In this document: piece after piece, positions 56,089 through 64,000 of the stretch
How the letters are laid out: each line of letters opens with the position of its first letter
Numbering within the stretch: the first letter of the stretch is position 1
NCBI GenBank assembly: GCA_965197905.1
Contig: CBDAOB010000003.1
Location: 1,024,001 to 1,088,000, forward strand
DNA: 64,000 nt
From: Candidatus Latescibacterota bacterium
Lineage (GTDB): Bacteria > Latescibacterota > UBA2968 > UBA8231
Direction of reading: 5' to 3'
Program-made: the position numbers and the translations under genes
The notes under the pieces: generated by a model
The model's database searches: none
Told to the model about the DNA's origin: nothing
Seen by the model: the letters and a program-made list of their open reading frames with translations, nothing else

Positions 56089-57239
56089 AGCAGATGAAGA
56101 TCACGGACATCAAGACCTACACCGCCCCCTCTGAACAGTTTCTGGTCAAGGTGGAAACCGACACTGAGCTCTTCGGCTGGGGCGAGGCCGGATTTGGCAT
56201 GCGGGCTCTGGCCGTGGATGGGGCCGTGCAGCACTTTCGGCAGCTGTTACTGGGCGAGGATCCGATGGAAATCGGTGCCCACTGGCAGCGCCTCTACCGC
56301 AGCCACTACTTCGAAGGCGGCCGCGTGCTGACCTGTGCCATGTCCGGCATCGACATCGCGCTGCACGATCTCGCCGGCAAAGCGCTTGGGGTGCCGGTTT
56401 ATCAGTTGTTGGGTGGCAAGCAGCGGGATTTCATCCCCTGTTTCGCTACGACGCTGGCTCGCACGCTTGATCAGCTGATCAGTGAGGGCCAACTGTTGAT
56501 GGACCAAGGATGGAAGGTGATTAGAACTTGGATCGGCTTCGGTGAGGTGGAAGCGGGGGGCCAATTCGAGCCGAGGGAGTCGCTGGCGTTGACGGCGGAG
56601 TGGCTCACGGCACTGCGGGAAGCGGTCGGATTAGAAGCGGTTATTGGCGTCGACTATCATCACCGCTTGACCGTGGCGGAGGCCGCTTCATTCTGTCAGC
56701 GCATGCCGCCGGGGACCCTCGATTTCTTGGAGGAGCCGATCCGCGATGAGACCCCGGAGGCGTACGAGTCGCTGCGGACGATGGTGGATGTGCCGTTCGC
56801 TATCGGCGAGGAGTTTGCCAGCAAGTGGGATTTCCGGCCCTATCTGGAGCGCGGCATCACCAACTACGCACGACCGGATATTTGCATCGTCGGTGGCCTC
56901 ACAGAGGCGGTCAAGATTGCCGCGATGGCGGAGGCTCACTACATCGATCTCATGCCGCACAATCCGTTAGGACCCCTGTGCACCGCCGCGACGGTTCATC
57001 TGGCCGCCGCCATTCCAAACATGGCGTGGCTGGAGATTCGCGAGTCGCCCACCGAGCACGCGGGCCGTTACGACACAGCAGTCTATCCGGTGCAGCCGGT
57101 GGCTGAGGGACCGAACATCCTGGTGCCCGAGGCACCGGGATTGGGAGTGGAGGTAGACGAATCGCTCCTGAAACCGCCGTCCGACTCCACCCGAAAGCTG
57201 TACCTGCGCCGCCGGGATGGGTCGATAACGAACTGGTAA
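56085..57239 (+). CDS. Mandelate racemase/MLE family acid-sugar dehydratase-like protein
   Basis: Motifs VKVETD...GWGE, IDIALHD..GK.LGVPVYQLLGG, metal ligands DYH/EEP/GEE and PHNP. Confidence 0.88.
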   Translation: MKQMKITDIKTYTAPSEQFLVKVETDTELFGWGEAGFGMRALAVDGAVQHFRQLLLGEDPMEIGAHWQRLYRSHYFEGGRVLTCAMSGIDIALHDLAGKALGVPVYQLLGGKQRDFIPCFATTLARTLDQLISEGQLLMDQGWKVIRTWIGFGEVEAGGQFEPRESLALTAEWLTALREAVGLEAVIGVDYHHRLTVAEAASFCQRMPPGTLDFLEEPIRDETPEAYESLRTMVDVPFAIGEEFASKWDFRPYLERGITNYARPDICIVGGLTEAVKIAAMAEAHYIDLMPHNPLGPLCTAATVHLAAAIPNMAWLEIRESPTEHAGRYDTAVYPVQPVAEGPNILVPEAPGLGVEVDESLLKPPSDSTRKLYLRRRDGSITNW

Positions 57240-57261
57240 TGGATCAAAGGAAAGAAGGACG

Positions 57262-58137
57262 ATGAGCGAATACAGCAGTCCCTACTCATCTTCGCAGCGC
57301 TGGCTGCGGGGCAACCTGCACGGCCATACCTGTTGCAGCGGTTTTATGGATGTGTCGGAGAGCGGACCCATGTTCGCCCGGCTCGGGTACGATTTCATGG
57401 CCGTGACGGACCACAATATGGCACCCGACGAAGAGCAGTGGCGCATCTGGCAGGAGCAGGCTGGCTTGATTCTGATTCCGGGGGAGGAAAACGGCGAGCA
57501 GGGACACATCCTGGAGATCGGTGTGCATCAGGTAACCCCGACACCCAACGACAACTTCGTCGAGCGCGCGGTGGCTCTGCGGAGCGGCGATGGCTTCGTC
57601 GCAGCTTGCCACCCTCAGCAGTATGATGACGGGCCCGAGAACGTGAGCGCGGCAGCGGAGACCCTGCACGCCTTCGAGATCTACAACGGGTTGCCAGAGC
57701 AGCGGGGCCTGACCGAAGCGGCCAACATCAGGCTTTGGGATGAGATGTTGACTGCCAGTAAGCGGATTTGGGGGATCGCCACCGATGACTTTCACTTCGC
57801 GTTCACTTCGCCGGGACATGGTTGGGTTTGTGTCCAGGTCCCTGAAGAGGAAAGCGATATCACCTGGGCGCTGATTGTCGATCAGTTAAAGGCGGGTGCT
57901 TTTTTTGCTTCCACATCGCCAGGGTTCACCGAAATCATGCTGGAAGGGGATGAACTGCGGGTTTGCGCCGATACCTACGTGGAAAGATTACAGGCAATAG
58001 GACCCGCAGGTACCGTACTGCACGAGACGGATGGCAATGTCATGACCTGGCAATGTCAACAGGGTTTATCCTACTTCCGCATCGAAGCAATCGCCGGCAT
58101 AAAACTGGCTTGGAGCCAACCATTTTTCCCGTCGTGA
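57262..58137 (+). CDS. PHP-domain metallohydrolase (CehA/McbA-like)
   Basis: Motifs WLRGNLHGHT, DF.AVTDHN, PGEE, CHP, EIYNG and TDDFH. Confidence 0.8.
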   Translation: MSEYSSPYSSSQRWLRGNLHGHTCCSGFMDVSESGPMFARLGYDFMAVTDHNMAPDEEQWRIWQEQAGLILIPGEENGEQGHILEIGVHQVTPTPNDNFVERAVALRSGDGFVAACHPQQYDDGPENVSAAAETLHAFEIYNGLPEQRGLTEAANIRLWDEMLTASKRIWGIATDDFHFAFTSPGHGWVCVQVPEEESDITWALIVDQLKAGAFFASTSPGFTEIMLEGDELRVCADTYVERLQAIGPAGTVLHETDGNVMTWQCQQGLSYFRIEAIAGIKLAWSQPFFPS

Positions 58138-58202
58138 CATTTCCAATCGCTGGATAGCACAAATTTTGTTGAACAGCCGCTAGCTCTCGAGCGCAACCTG
58201 GC

Positions 58203-59435
58203 CTAGCGAAATCGATGTATTAGTTCATTCACCTGGTCTCGCGCCATCGATCCCTCCTGCAGCAAAGCAAACACGACCATGTTGATCCCCATCTGCAACT
58301 GTGGTTCGTTGCGGTATTCGTTTTGCCAGGCAACTCCGTACGCCTTGTTGGAATAGACGACGGCGAGACGACCGTCGATGAAGATGCCTTCTAAGTACGG
58401 CACTCCGCGTTGGAAATCCGCCACGCTGACCGTCTCGAGATCTTCTGGATTCCGCGCCGCAGGTCGGATCGCCGGTGGGGGGCCGTCGTCAAGGTCGTAG
58501 AAGCTATGGTAAATCGGGTGGTCATTGGGGATGATACGAAACCGTCCGTACACCCCGAGCGCGTCCTTGAGCATCTGTCGCAGGGAGGCCTCGGCGGGTG
58601 AGTATTCCATCCATGGATTGGCGTTCTCCACCAGCGCGAATCCACCCTTGCGCAGATACTCCTTGAAATTCGCCAGCTCAGTCTTCGTCGGTTCGAACGC
58701 CTCGTCGACCGATAGGTAGATGAAGGGCGCGCGGAAGATCTTCTGGGATCCGAGGTCGAGGTGGGGATCGACTTCCGCCCGAATTCGTGTTCTCGTGTTT
58801 ATTGCTTCCGCGAGTTCGACGACCGCTCTCGGTGTTGCCGGTTGCCAATCGTTGCCCCATGCCAGCGCCAGGTAGATAAAACCGTCCACGAACTGCTTGT
58901 TCGTCGGGTGCGGCAGCAACAAGCCTTTGTACCGTCCCGTATCGAAATCCAAAATATCGAGCATATCCAACTGCCGCTGCCGCTGGCTCCCGGGATCTTT
59001 CTGAATGTCGAGGGAAGCACGTTGTGGCTGAGGTTCGATCTCCTCCACGTGCAAATCGCTGCCCTCGTCTACCTCCTGCCGCAGCGACCTCGTGCCTCTG
59101 GTAAGATCTTCGCGGCGGATTTCCGGCACACCTGTCATCTCCGGCCAAGCCGGTATCACCTTGCGGGTCATGGTCCGCTTGGCGATTTCTGTTTTCTCGA
59201 CACGGAACGGGTCCTTCATGCGGGCTTGGCGGATGATGAGCCTCATCTCCAGAGGTTTTGGCACCGATCTTTGTTCTTCGGTCACCTCCAACACCGTCGA
59301 GAGCAAGGCCAACAAGACCAGGGCGACTACGCCACTTGCGATCTGCAACCGGCGCGAACGCCTCAGTCGTTCGACACTAAGCCAATAGGACGGCCCTCTG
59401 AACCGTCTTTCGTTCAAGTTACGGCCATCTGCCAC
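58203..59435 (-). CDS. DUF4159-domain membrane-anchored protein
   Basis: Single N-terminal TM helix. Motifs PFIY, E..N..EYL..GGF, HPIYHSFY, LEGI...GRL.V.YS and MG.N.VVFAL. Confidence 0.75.
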   Translation of the reverse strand: MADGRNLNERRFRGPSYWLSVERLRRSRRLQIASGVVALVLLALLSTVLEVTEEQRSVPKPLEMRLIIRQARMKDPFRVEKTEIAKRTMTRKVIPAWPEMTGVPEIRREDLTRGTRSLRQEVDEGSDLHVEEIEPQPQRASLDIQKDPGSQRQRQLDMLDILDFDTGRYKGLLLPHPTNKQFVDGFIYLALAWGNDWQPATPRAVVELAEAINTRTRIRAEVDPHLDLGSQKIFRAPFIYLSVDEAFEPTKTELANFKEYLRKGGFALVENANPWMEYSPAEASLRQMLKDALGVYGRFRIIPNDHPIYHSFYDLDDGPPPAIRPAARNPEDLETVSVADFQRGVPYLEGIFIDGRLAVVYSNKAYGVAWQNEYRNEPQLQMGINMVVFALLQEGSMARDQVNELIHRFR

Positions 59436-59491
59436 GTTGTACGCGCATTTCTTAAGTTACCTGCAGGTTTATAGATACGCCGAGCTGGCTT

Positions 59492-62005
59492 TTGCGCAAT
59501 CGAGCCCAAGTGGAAACTAACCATAATAGTTCACATCGATCGCCTTCGCAGCGACGACCGAGATTCTTCCTGGTTCCAGGGGGAGTCATTCTTCTTTCCG
59601 CTCTTCTATTTCTCTTTCAATTTACGACGCTAGCTAAACTGGCCGTACTATCTCCTGGCGCGAGCCATCATAACCTCCGGAATTTCGCCCGGGCACTGTC
59701 AGAGCGGATTGCGTTCGACGCCTTGGATCTCATGCTCGTCCTGCTTCTTCTGGCGGTCACTTTGGCGCTGCTCTATCTGGAGGCCAGGTGGGAGATGGTC
59801 ACCTCGTTTCTCAAGTCCGTATTCGTCAACGATCGCCGGGCCGTACTGCTGTTATTCGCTTCATCCCTGGTTCTCGTACGCTACTATTTTGCCGTCGGCA
59901 ACTTCAACTGGGCTGGTGACGCACCGCAGCATGTCGTCACCGCCCATATGGCGGCGCTCGCCATTGAACATGGTGAGCTCCCTATCTGGACCTTCTTCAT
60001 AGGGAACGGATCCCCGTATCTGCAGCACTATGGCTTTCTCTTTCCCTACCTGGTCGGTTTCGTGAATCTGTTGACTGACGATCTATCCAGCTCCATGAAG
60101 GTGGTGCTTGCGAGCGGACATCTCCTGTCCGGCATTGGCATGTATCTTTTTGCCAGCAGGCTTTGCAAGTCAAGAAGGGCGGGTTTTGTCGCCGGGCTCG
60201 GTTACGTGCTTTGTTTTTGGCATCTGCAACAGGTGTTGATCATGGGGCGCACACCCCTAGGACTCTACTACGGTATTCTGCCCTGGGCTTTCTACTTCTT
60301 CGAGGAATCGTCGCGTGCCGGCCGCAGGATCCAGGCTGCGCTACTCGGCGGTGTAAGCGTCGCCCTATTGAGCTTTACCCATCCCGCTTACGGCTTCTAC
60401 ACCTGTGTCTTGCTTCTCATTTACGCCGCCGTGCGTCTCCTGCTTTCGCGAGACGATGCCAGCGTCAAAGGGATGATGGGTGCCGGTTTGCTCTACATGG
60501 CATGCGCGCTTCTGTTCGGGGCCTACATGAATCTCGGCATGTGGGTGGAGAGCGCCTTTACTAATATGAGCAACTTTGAATTCGGTCTGAGGGAATCGGC
60601 GAGTCCGGCGCTGGGGTTGCCTGGCCCAACGTTGCTCCACGTTCTGAGCTGGTCCAACTACCGCTTCTGGTTATTCCCAGTTGAGGAACGACATTGGTAC
60701 GGGGGGTATCTTGGGCTTTCCCTGATCGCCCTGATGACGGTCGGGTGCTTTGGCCTAAGTCTCCTGCGGCGAAACGTCCGCATTCGTCGCTACCTGCCGG
60801 GATTCACAGTGTTGTTTCTCGTCACGCTGATTCTCGTCGCATATCGCTGGCCGCCGATCAACGAAGTGAACCTCATACAGATATTCAACCCCTCGAGATA
60901 CCTGCTTTTCGTTGCTTTTTTTCTCGCGCTGTCGGCGGGTGTCGGCAGTCATCTCCTGTGCCTGTTCAAGCCCGTGCAATTCCGTCGAAGCCGGTGCTAC
61001 ACCATCCTTCTTCTCATTCTTTTGATAGATCTGGGTCCCACCACGTTTCAGCAGCCTTACGGTAAGAAGCTGCATATGTTTTTTCCGCAACTGGCCAACT
61101 TCTCCGAGGACGCCCCAGTAGCTGCCGATAGCTCTCCGGTGCCCAATTTCAGAGCCCAGTGGGTTTCCGACGGGAATCATTCCTCCTTCGCGATCGCTAG
61201 AATGGTCATCGACGGCAAGACGCCTGTCCCTGAGGTCTACCATCCCGGCGAGTTGCCCGCTTCCGCGGCGTTCACCGGTCCGATCATGTACGCGCTGCGC
61301 CAGGTCCTGTCGGAGACTCAGACCACCTTCGCCTTCGCCGCCCATCCCTGGCGGATCCTGTTGCTTAGCGGCCTACGCCTCTTGAACACCCGCTTCGTGG
61401 TGGCGACCACGCAAACGGTGGCCAGCGGATTCTCGATAGAGATTGACAACAGTCCGGTGGTTGTCTCGCCGCGCATTGCTCCGTTCGAGCCCGAACCGGT
61501 GACTCCAGAGGACATGAACAGCGAGGTCGGACGCATGTTGAAATTGGGGCAGCTTGAGTCGCGCATGCAATTCTCGATCAAGAACGGCCTGCGCATGGTT
61601 CAGGGTATGGGTCTGGATCCGGTGAGGAACGTGTGCGAGCGCATTTTGGTTGGAGTTGACCGGAAAGCGATTTTCCTCGGCACGGCTCCAGATGTCGAGG
61701 TGCTCGAACATACGGTGGGTCACCACGATGCCCGATTGCGGATCCGTCTTACCGAGGCCGGATTCGCACGCCTGGCGTACGCCTACTTTCCCTTTCTTAA
61801 GGTTACTGTCGACGGATCAACCGTTGTGCCAATCGAGACTGCTGATCGATTCATCGCGCTAAAGCTCGAGGAGGGCGAACACGAGATCGTGATCGAGGCG
61901 CGACTGTCTCCGTTGCGCCGAACCCTTCTCTGGCTCGCCGTGGCTGGCTTTGTAGTGGTCGGCGCTCTTGCGTGGCGCGAGCGGCAGATCAATCGGGTGC
62001 GATAA
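59492..62005 (+). CDS. Polytopic membrane protein, GT-C-like (PTPS-related/YfhO-like)
   Basis: Many TM segments. Motifs D...H, W....GNGSP....YG, SG.GMY.F and C-terminal AYFP...V.VDG......G.H.I. Confidence 0.65.
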   Translation: MRNRAQVETNHNSSHRSPSQRRPRFFLVPGGVILLSALLFLFQFTTLAKLAVLSPGASHHNLRNFARALSERIAFDALDLMLVLLLLAVTLALLYLEARWEMVTSFLKSVFVNDRRAVLLLFASSLVLVRYYFAVGNFNWAGDAPQHVVTAHMAALAIEHGELPIWTFFIGNGSPYLQHYGFLFPYLVGFVNLLTDDLSSSMKVVLASGHLLSGIGMYLFASRLCKSRRAGFVAGLGYVLCFWHLQQVLIMGRTPLGLYYGILPWAFYFFEESSRAGRRIQAALLGGVSVALLSFTHPAYGFYTCVLLLIYAAVRLLLSRDDASVKGMMGAGLLYMACALLFGAYMNLGMWVESAFTNMSNFEFGLRESASPALGLPGPTLLHVLSWSNYRFWLFPVEERHWYGGYLGLSLIALMTVGCFGLSLLRRNVRIRRYLPGFTVLFLVTLILVAYRWPPINEVNLIQIFNPSRYLLFVAFFLALSAGVGSHLLCLFKPVQFRRSRCYTILLLILLIDLGPTTFQQPYGKKLHMFFPQLANFSEDAPVAADSSPVPNFRAQWVSDGNHSSFAIARMVIDGKTPVPEVYHPGELPASAAFTGPIMYALRQVLSETQTTFAFAAHPWRILLLSGLRLLNTRFVVATTQTVASGFSIEIDNSPVVVSPRIAPFEPEPVTPEDMNSEVGRMLKLGQLESRMQFSIKNGLRMVQGMGLDPVRNVCERILVGVDRKAIFLGTAPDVEVLEHTVGHHDARLRIRLTEAGFARLAYAYFPFLKVTVDGSTVVPIETADRFIALKLEEGEHEIVIEARLSPLRRTLLWLAVAGFVVVGALAWRERQINRVR

Positions 62006-62792
62006 CCGGATTCTCGAGGCGACCGATCTTTTCCAGCTCCACTATCATATGGTCATCCGGTTGCAGGAACACCGGCGGTTTGCGCGCGAAGCCAACCCCT
62101 TGGGGCGTGCCGGTTAGAATCACCGTGCCGGGAAGCAGCGTCGTGTCCCGGCTCAAGTAGCTGACCAGCTGGGCGACGGTGAAGATCATGTCGCCGGTGG
62201 TGTGGTCCTGCATGGTTTTTCCGTTCAGCACCGTGCTGATGGCGAGCGCCTGTGGGTCGGGGATCTCGTCGGCGGTGACGAGGACCGGCCCCAGCGGACA
62301 GAAGGTGTCGAACGATTTGCCTCGAATCCACTGTCCTCCACCGGCGTTCATCTGCCAATGCCGGGCCGACACATCGTTTGCCGCAGTGTAGCCCAAGACG
62401 TAGCGGAGGGCATCGGCCTCGGAAACGTCCCGGCAACTTTCTCCGATGACCGCCGCCAGCTCACACTCGTAGTCGACCTCCGAATCATTTTGACAGGCAG
62501 GCAACCGAATAGGCGCGCCAGGATGCTGCAGGCTGGATGTGGGTTTCATGAACAGGATCGGCTTTTCAGGCGGTTCCATGCCGGATTCAGCGGCGTGCTC
62601 CCTGTAGTTGAGGCCGATGCAGAAGATGTTGGTCGGTTCCAGCGGCGCCAGCAGCTTTTCCACCTGCGCGTCTCTGTCTGTTGAGGAGAGCCCATCATAC
62701 AGGTCCCCTTCAAGAACAAGCGTTTGCCCGCCGTCCTTCTGTTCACCGAAACGAATGGTTCCATCTTCACCGACGAATCGAATTATGCGCAT
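61989..62792 (-). CDS. Fumarylacetoacetate hydrolase family protein
   Basis: Motifs CIGLNY..HA.E, DYECEL, NDVSAR.WQ, GKSFDTFCPLGP and TGTP.GVG. Confidence 0.92.
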   Translation of the reverse strand: MRIIRFVGEDGTIRFGEQKDGGQTLVLEGDLYDGLSSTDRDAQVEKLLAPLEPTNIFCIGLNYREHAAESGMEPPEKPILFMKPTSSLQHPGAPIRLPACQNDSEVDYECELAAVIGESCRDVSEADALRYVLGYTAANDVSARHWQMNAGGGQWIRGKSFDTFCPLGPVLVTADEIPDPQALAISTVLNGKTMQDHTTGDMIFTVAQLVSYLSRDTTLLPGTVILTGTPQGVGFARKPPVFLQPDDHMIVELEKIGRLENPVIAPD

Positions 62793-62899
62793 CGTTGCTT
62801 GACTCCGTTTGATTGGTGCGGCTGTCGTGGAACAAACATCTATCGCCGTGTCCTAGTGTCAAGAATACGACGGTGTTTACCTCCTACCCCGGGACCTGT

Positions 62900-62928
62900 T
62901 TGACACCTTCGGCCGGTTGAAATACCCT
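62900..62928 (+). promoter_or_regulatory. Possible sigma70-type promoter
   Basis: TTGACA, 17-bp spacer, TACCCT, upstream of the ATG at 62983. Confidence 0.4.
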
Positions 62929-62982
62929 TGAGCCGCCAGCCCGTTTCGCGTGCAGAGCCTATTGCACAACTGGAGACCGATC

Positions 62983-64000
62983 ATGCAGCATCATACGGTA
63001 GAAAGAGATCCAGGTTTGTCCTGGGTAAAGGATGAGCAACCCGCCATTGAAGCCCCGCCTGATGAAGCCGAAGGCGCCGCTGCCCCGGCCCCGGAGGCGC
63101 AATGGCCAGCGGACAGTATCCGCACCGGACTGTGTGGCGCCGTATCCCCCAACATCATATCTCTGCCGGATGACAGCTTCCGCATGTTCTACTGTCAGAT
63201 GCTCCCGCGGGCTGGGTTTCCCGCCGGCGCCAACGATTACGACAATTGCACAACCCGCCTGCTGAGCGCCTACTCTGTGGACGGACTAACCTGGACTCCT
63301 GAGCCTGGTGTGCGTCTTGGAGCGAAGCAGGGAGGTGCCGGGGAATTCCGCGTTGTTTCGCCGGAGGTTGCGCCGTTGCCCGACGGCACGGGCCGTCTGC
63401 GGATGTATTACGAGTGCTCGCCCGGTCCGGATAACGGTCCATCCACCTTGCGCAGTGCTATATCTGATGACGGCGGTCTCGAGTGGACGGTGGAAGAGGG
63501 AGTGCGCATCGGTGATCCCAACGGGAGCTTCAACGCGCCTCGCCTGATCTTTCTGGATGACGGCAGATGCCGGTTGTACTTCAGTGAGCGCGGCGGCGGC
63601 ATCAATAGCGCTCTCTCGGATGATGGACTGAACTTCCAGCGCGAACCGGGGGTGCGGATCACGGGTGGTTCCACCTACGACGCCGTCAATGCGTTTGCTC
63701 CGGAAGTGCTGCGCATCCGCAGCGGAGGGTATCGCATGTATTTTTCCGGCTACAGCGCCAGCACCCAGGCACAGGTCCTCGGCGCCGTTTCGGAGGATGG
63801 CCTGACCTGGCAGAAGGAAGAGGAACCGGTTATCCCGCCCGGCGGGCGTTTGGATGGCGCCAAGGCTTCCGAGATGTGTGTCATCGCGATTCCGACCGCA
63901 GACGGGAAGGGCGAGCAGTACCGCATGTTCTACGAGGCCTGCGATGGTACAGCGGTAGATAAGCGTGGGGTATGGCGCATCGCCGGTGCTACCGCGTCTA
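62983..64000 (+). CDS. Beta-propeller (glycoside hydrolase-like) protein, truncated by window edge
   Basis: GGAG RBS. Manual translation MQHHTVERDPGLSWVKDE... shows repeated RM(F/Y)Y and S.DGL.W..E.G.R blades. No stop before the window end. Confidence 0.7.
   Translation, partial: MQHHTVERDPGLSWVKDEQPAIEAPPDEAEGAAAPAPEAQWPADSIRTGLCGAVSPNIISLPDDSFRMFYCQMLPRAGFPAGANDYDNCTTRLLSAYSVDGLTWTPEPGVRLGAKQGGAGEFRVVSPEVAPLPDGTGRLRMYYECSPGPDNGPSTLRSAISDDGGLEWTVEEGVRIGDPNGSFNAPRLIFLDDGRCRLYFSERGGGINSALSDDGLNFQREPGVRITGGSTYDAVNAFAPEVLRIRSGGYRMYFSGYSASTQAQVLGAVSEDGLTWQKEEEPVIPPGGRLDGAKASEMCVIAIPTADGKGEQYRMFYEACDGTAVDKRGVWRIAGATAS

Noticed and set aside
1..64000. rRNA, tRNA, prophage or known defence systems
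   Set aside because: No recognisable signatures were seen by eye. Small ncRNAs cannot be excluded without covariance-model searches.

Overview
A GC-rich bacterial window of about 50 genes, mostly for catabolism, uptake and the cell envelope. It encodes seven PhyH-like Fe(II)/2-oxoglutarate dioxygenase genes or remnants, several beta-propeller (GH32/BNR/sialidase-like) proteins, enolase-superfamily dehydratases, aldo/keto and FAD oxidoreductases, and a tandem pair of orphan family-5 solute-binding lipoproteins. It also encodes a DUF6785/DUF6784-type membrane protein, two paralogous ~1000-aa secreted Asp-rich beta-barrel-like proteins, rlmKL and selO. This gene content resembles Latescibacterota/Poribacteria-like genomes (inference only). 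The one mobile element is a complete 2055-bp IS1595-family element (11024-13078) with perfect 25-bp terminal inverted repeats and an 8-bp target duplication, and it splits a TIGR03364-type FAD oxidoreductase. Each of its inverted repeats supplies the -35 box of an inward-facing sigma70-type promoter, and it carries a cassette of small passenger ORFs that are open on both strands. Other points of note: a secreted EF-hand/(DH)n/(CGG)n protein, a sigma54 promoter module, non-canonical metal ligands in several dioxygenases, a TIM-barrel lacking its metal ligands, and five same-direction frameshifts between 42.4 and 49.4 kb. No rRNA, tRNA or CRISPR array was seen. Family assignments come from motif recognition by eye, not database searches.
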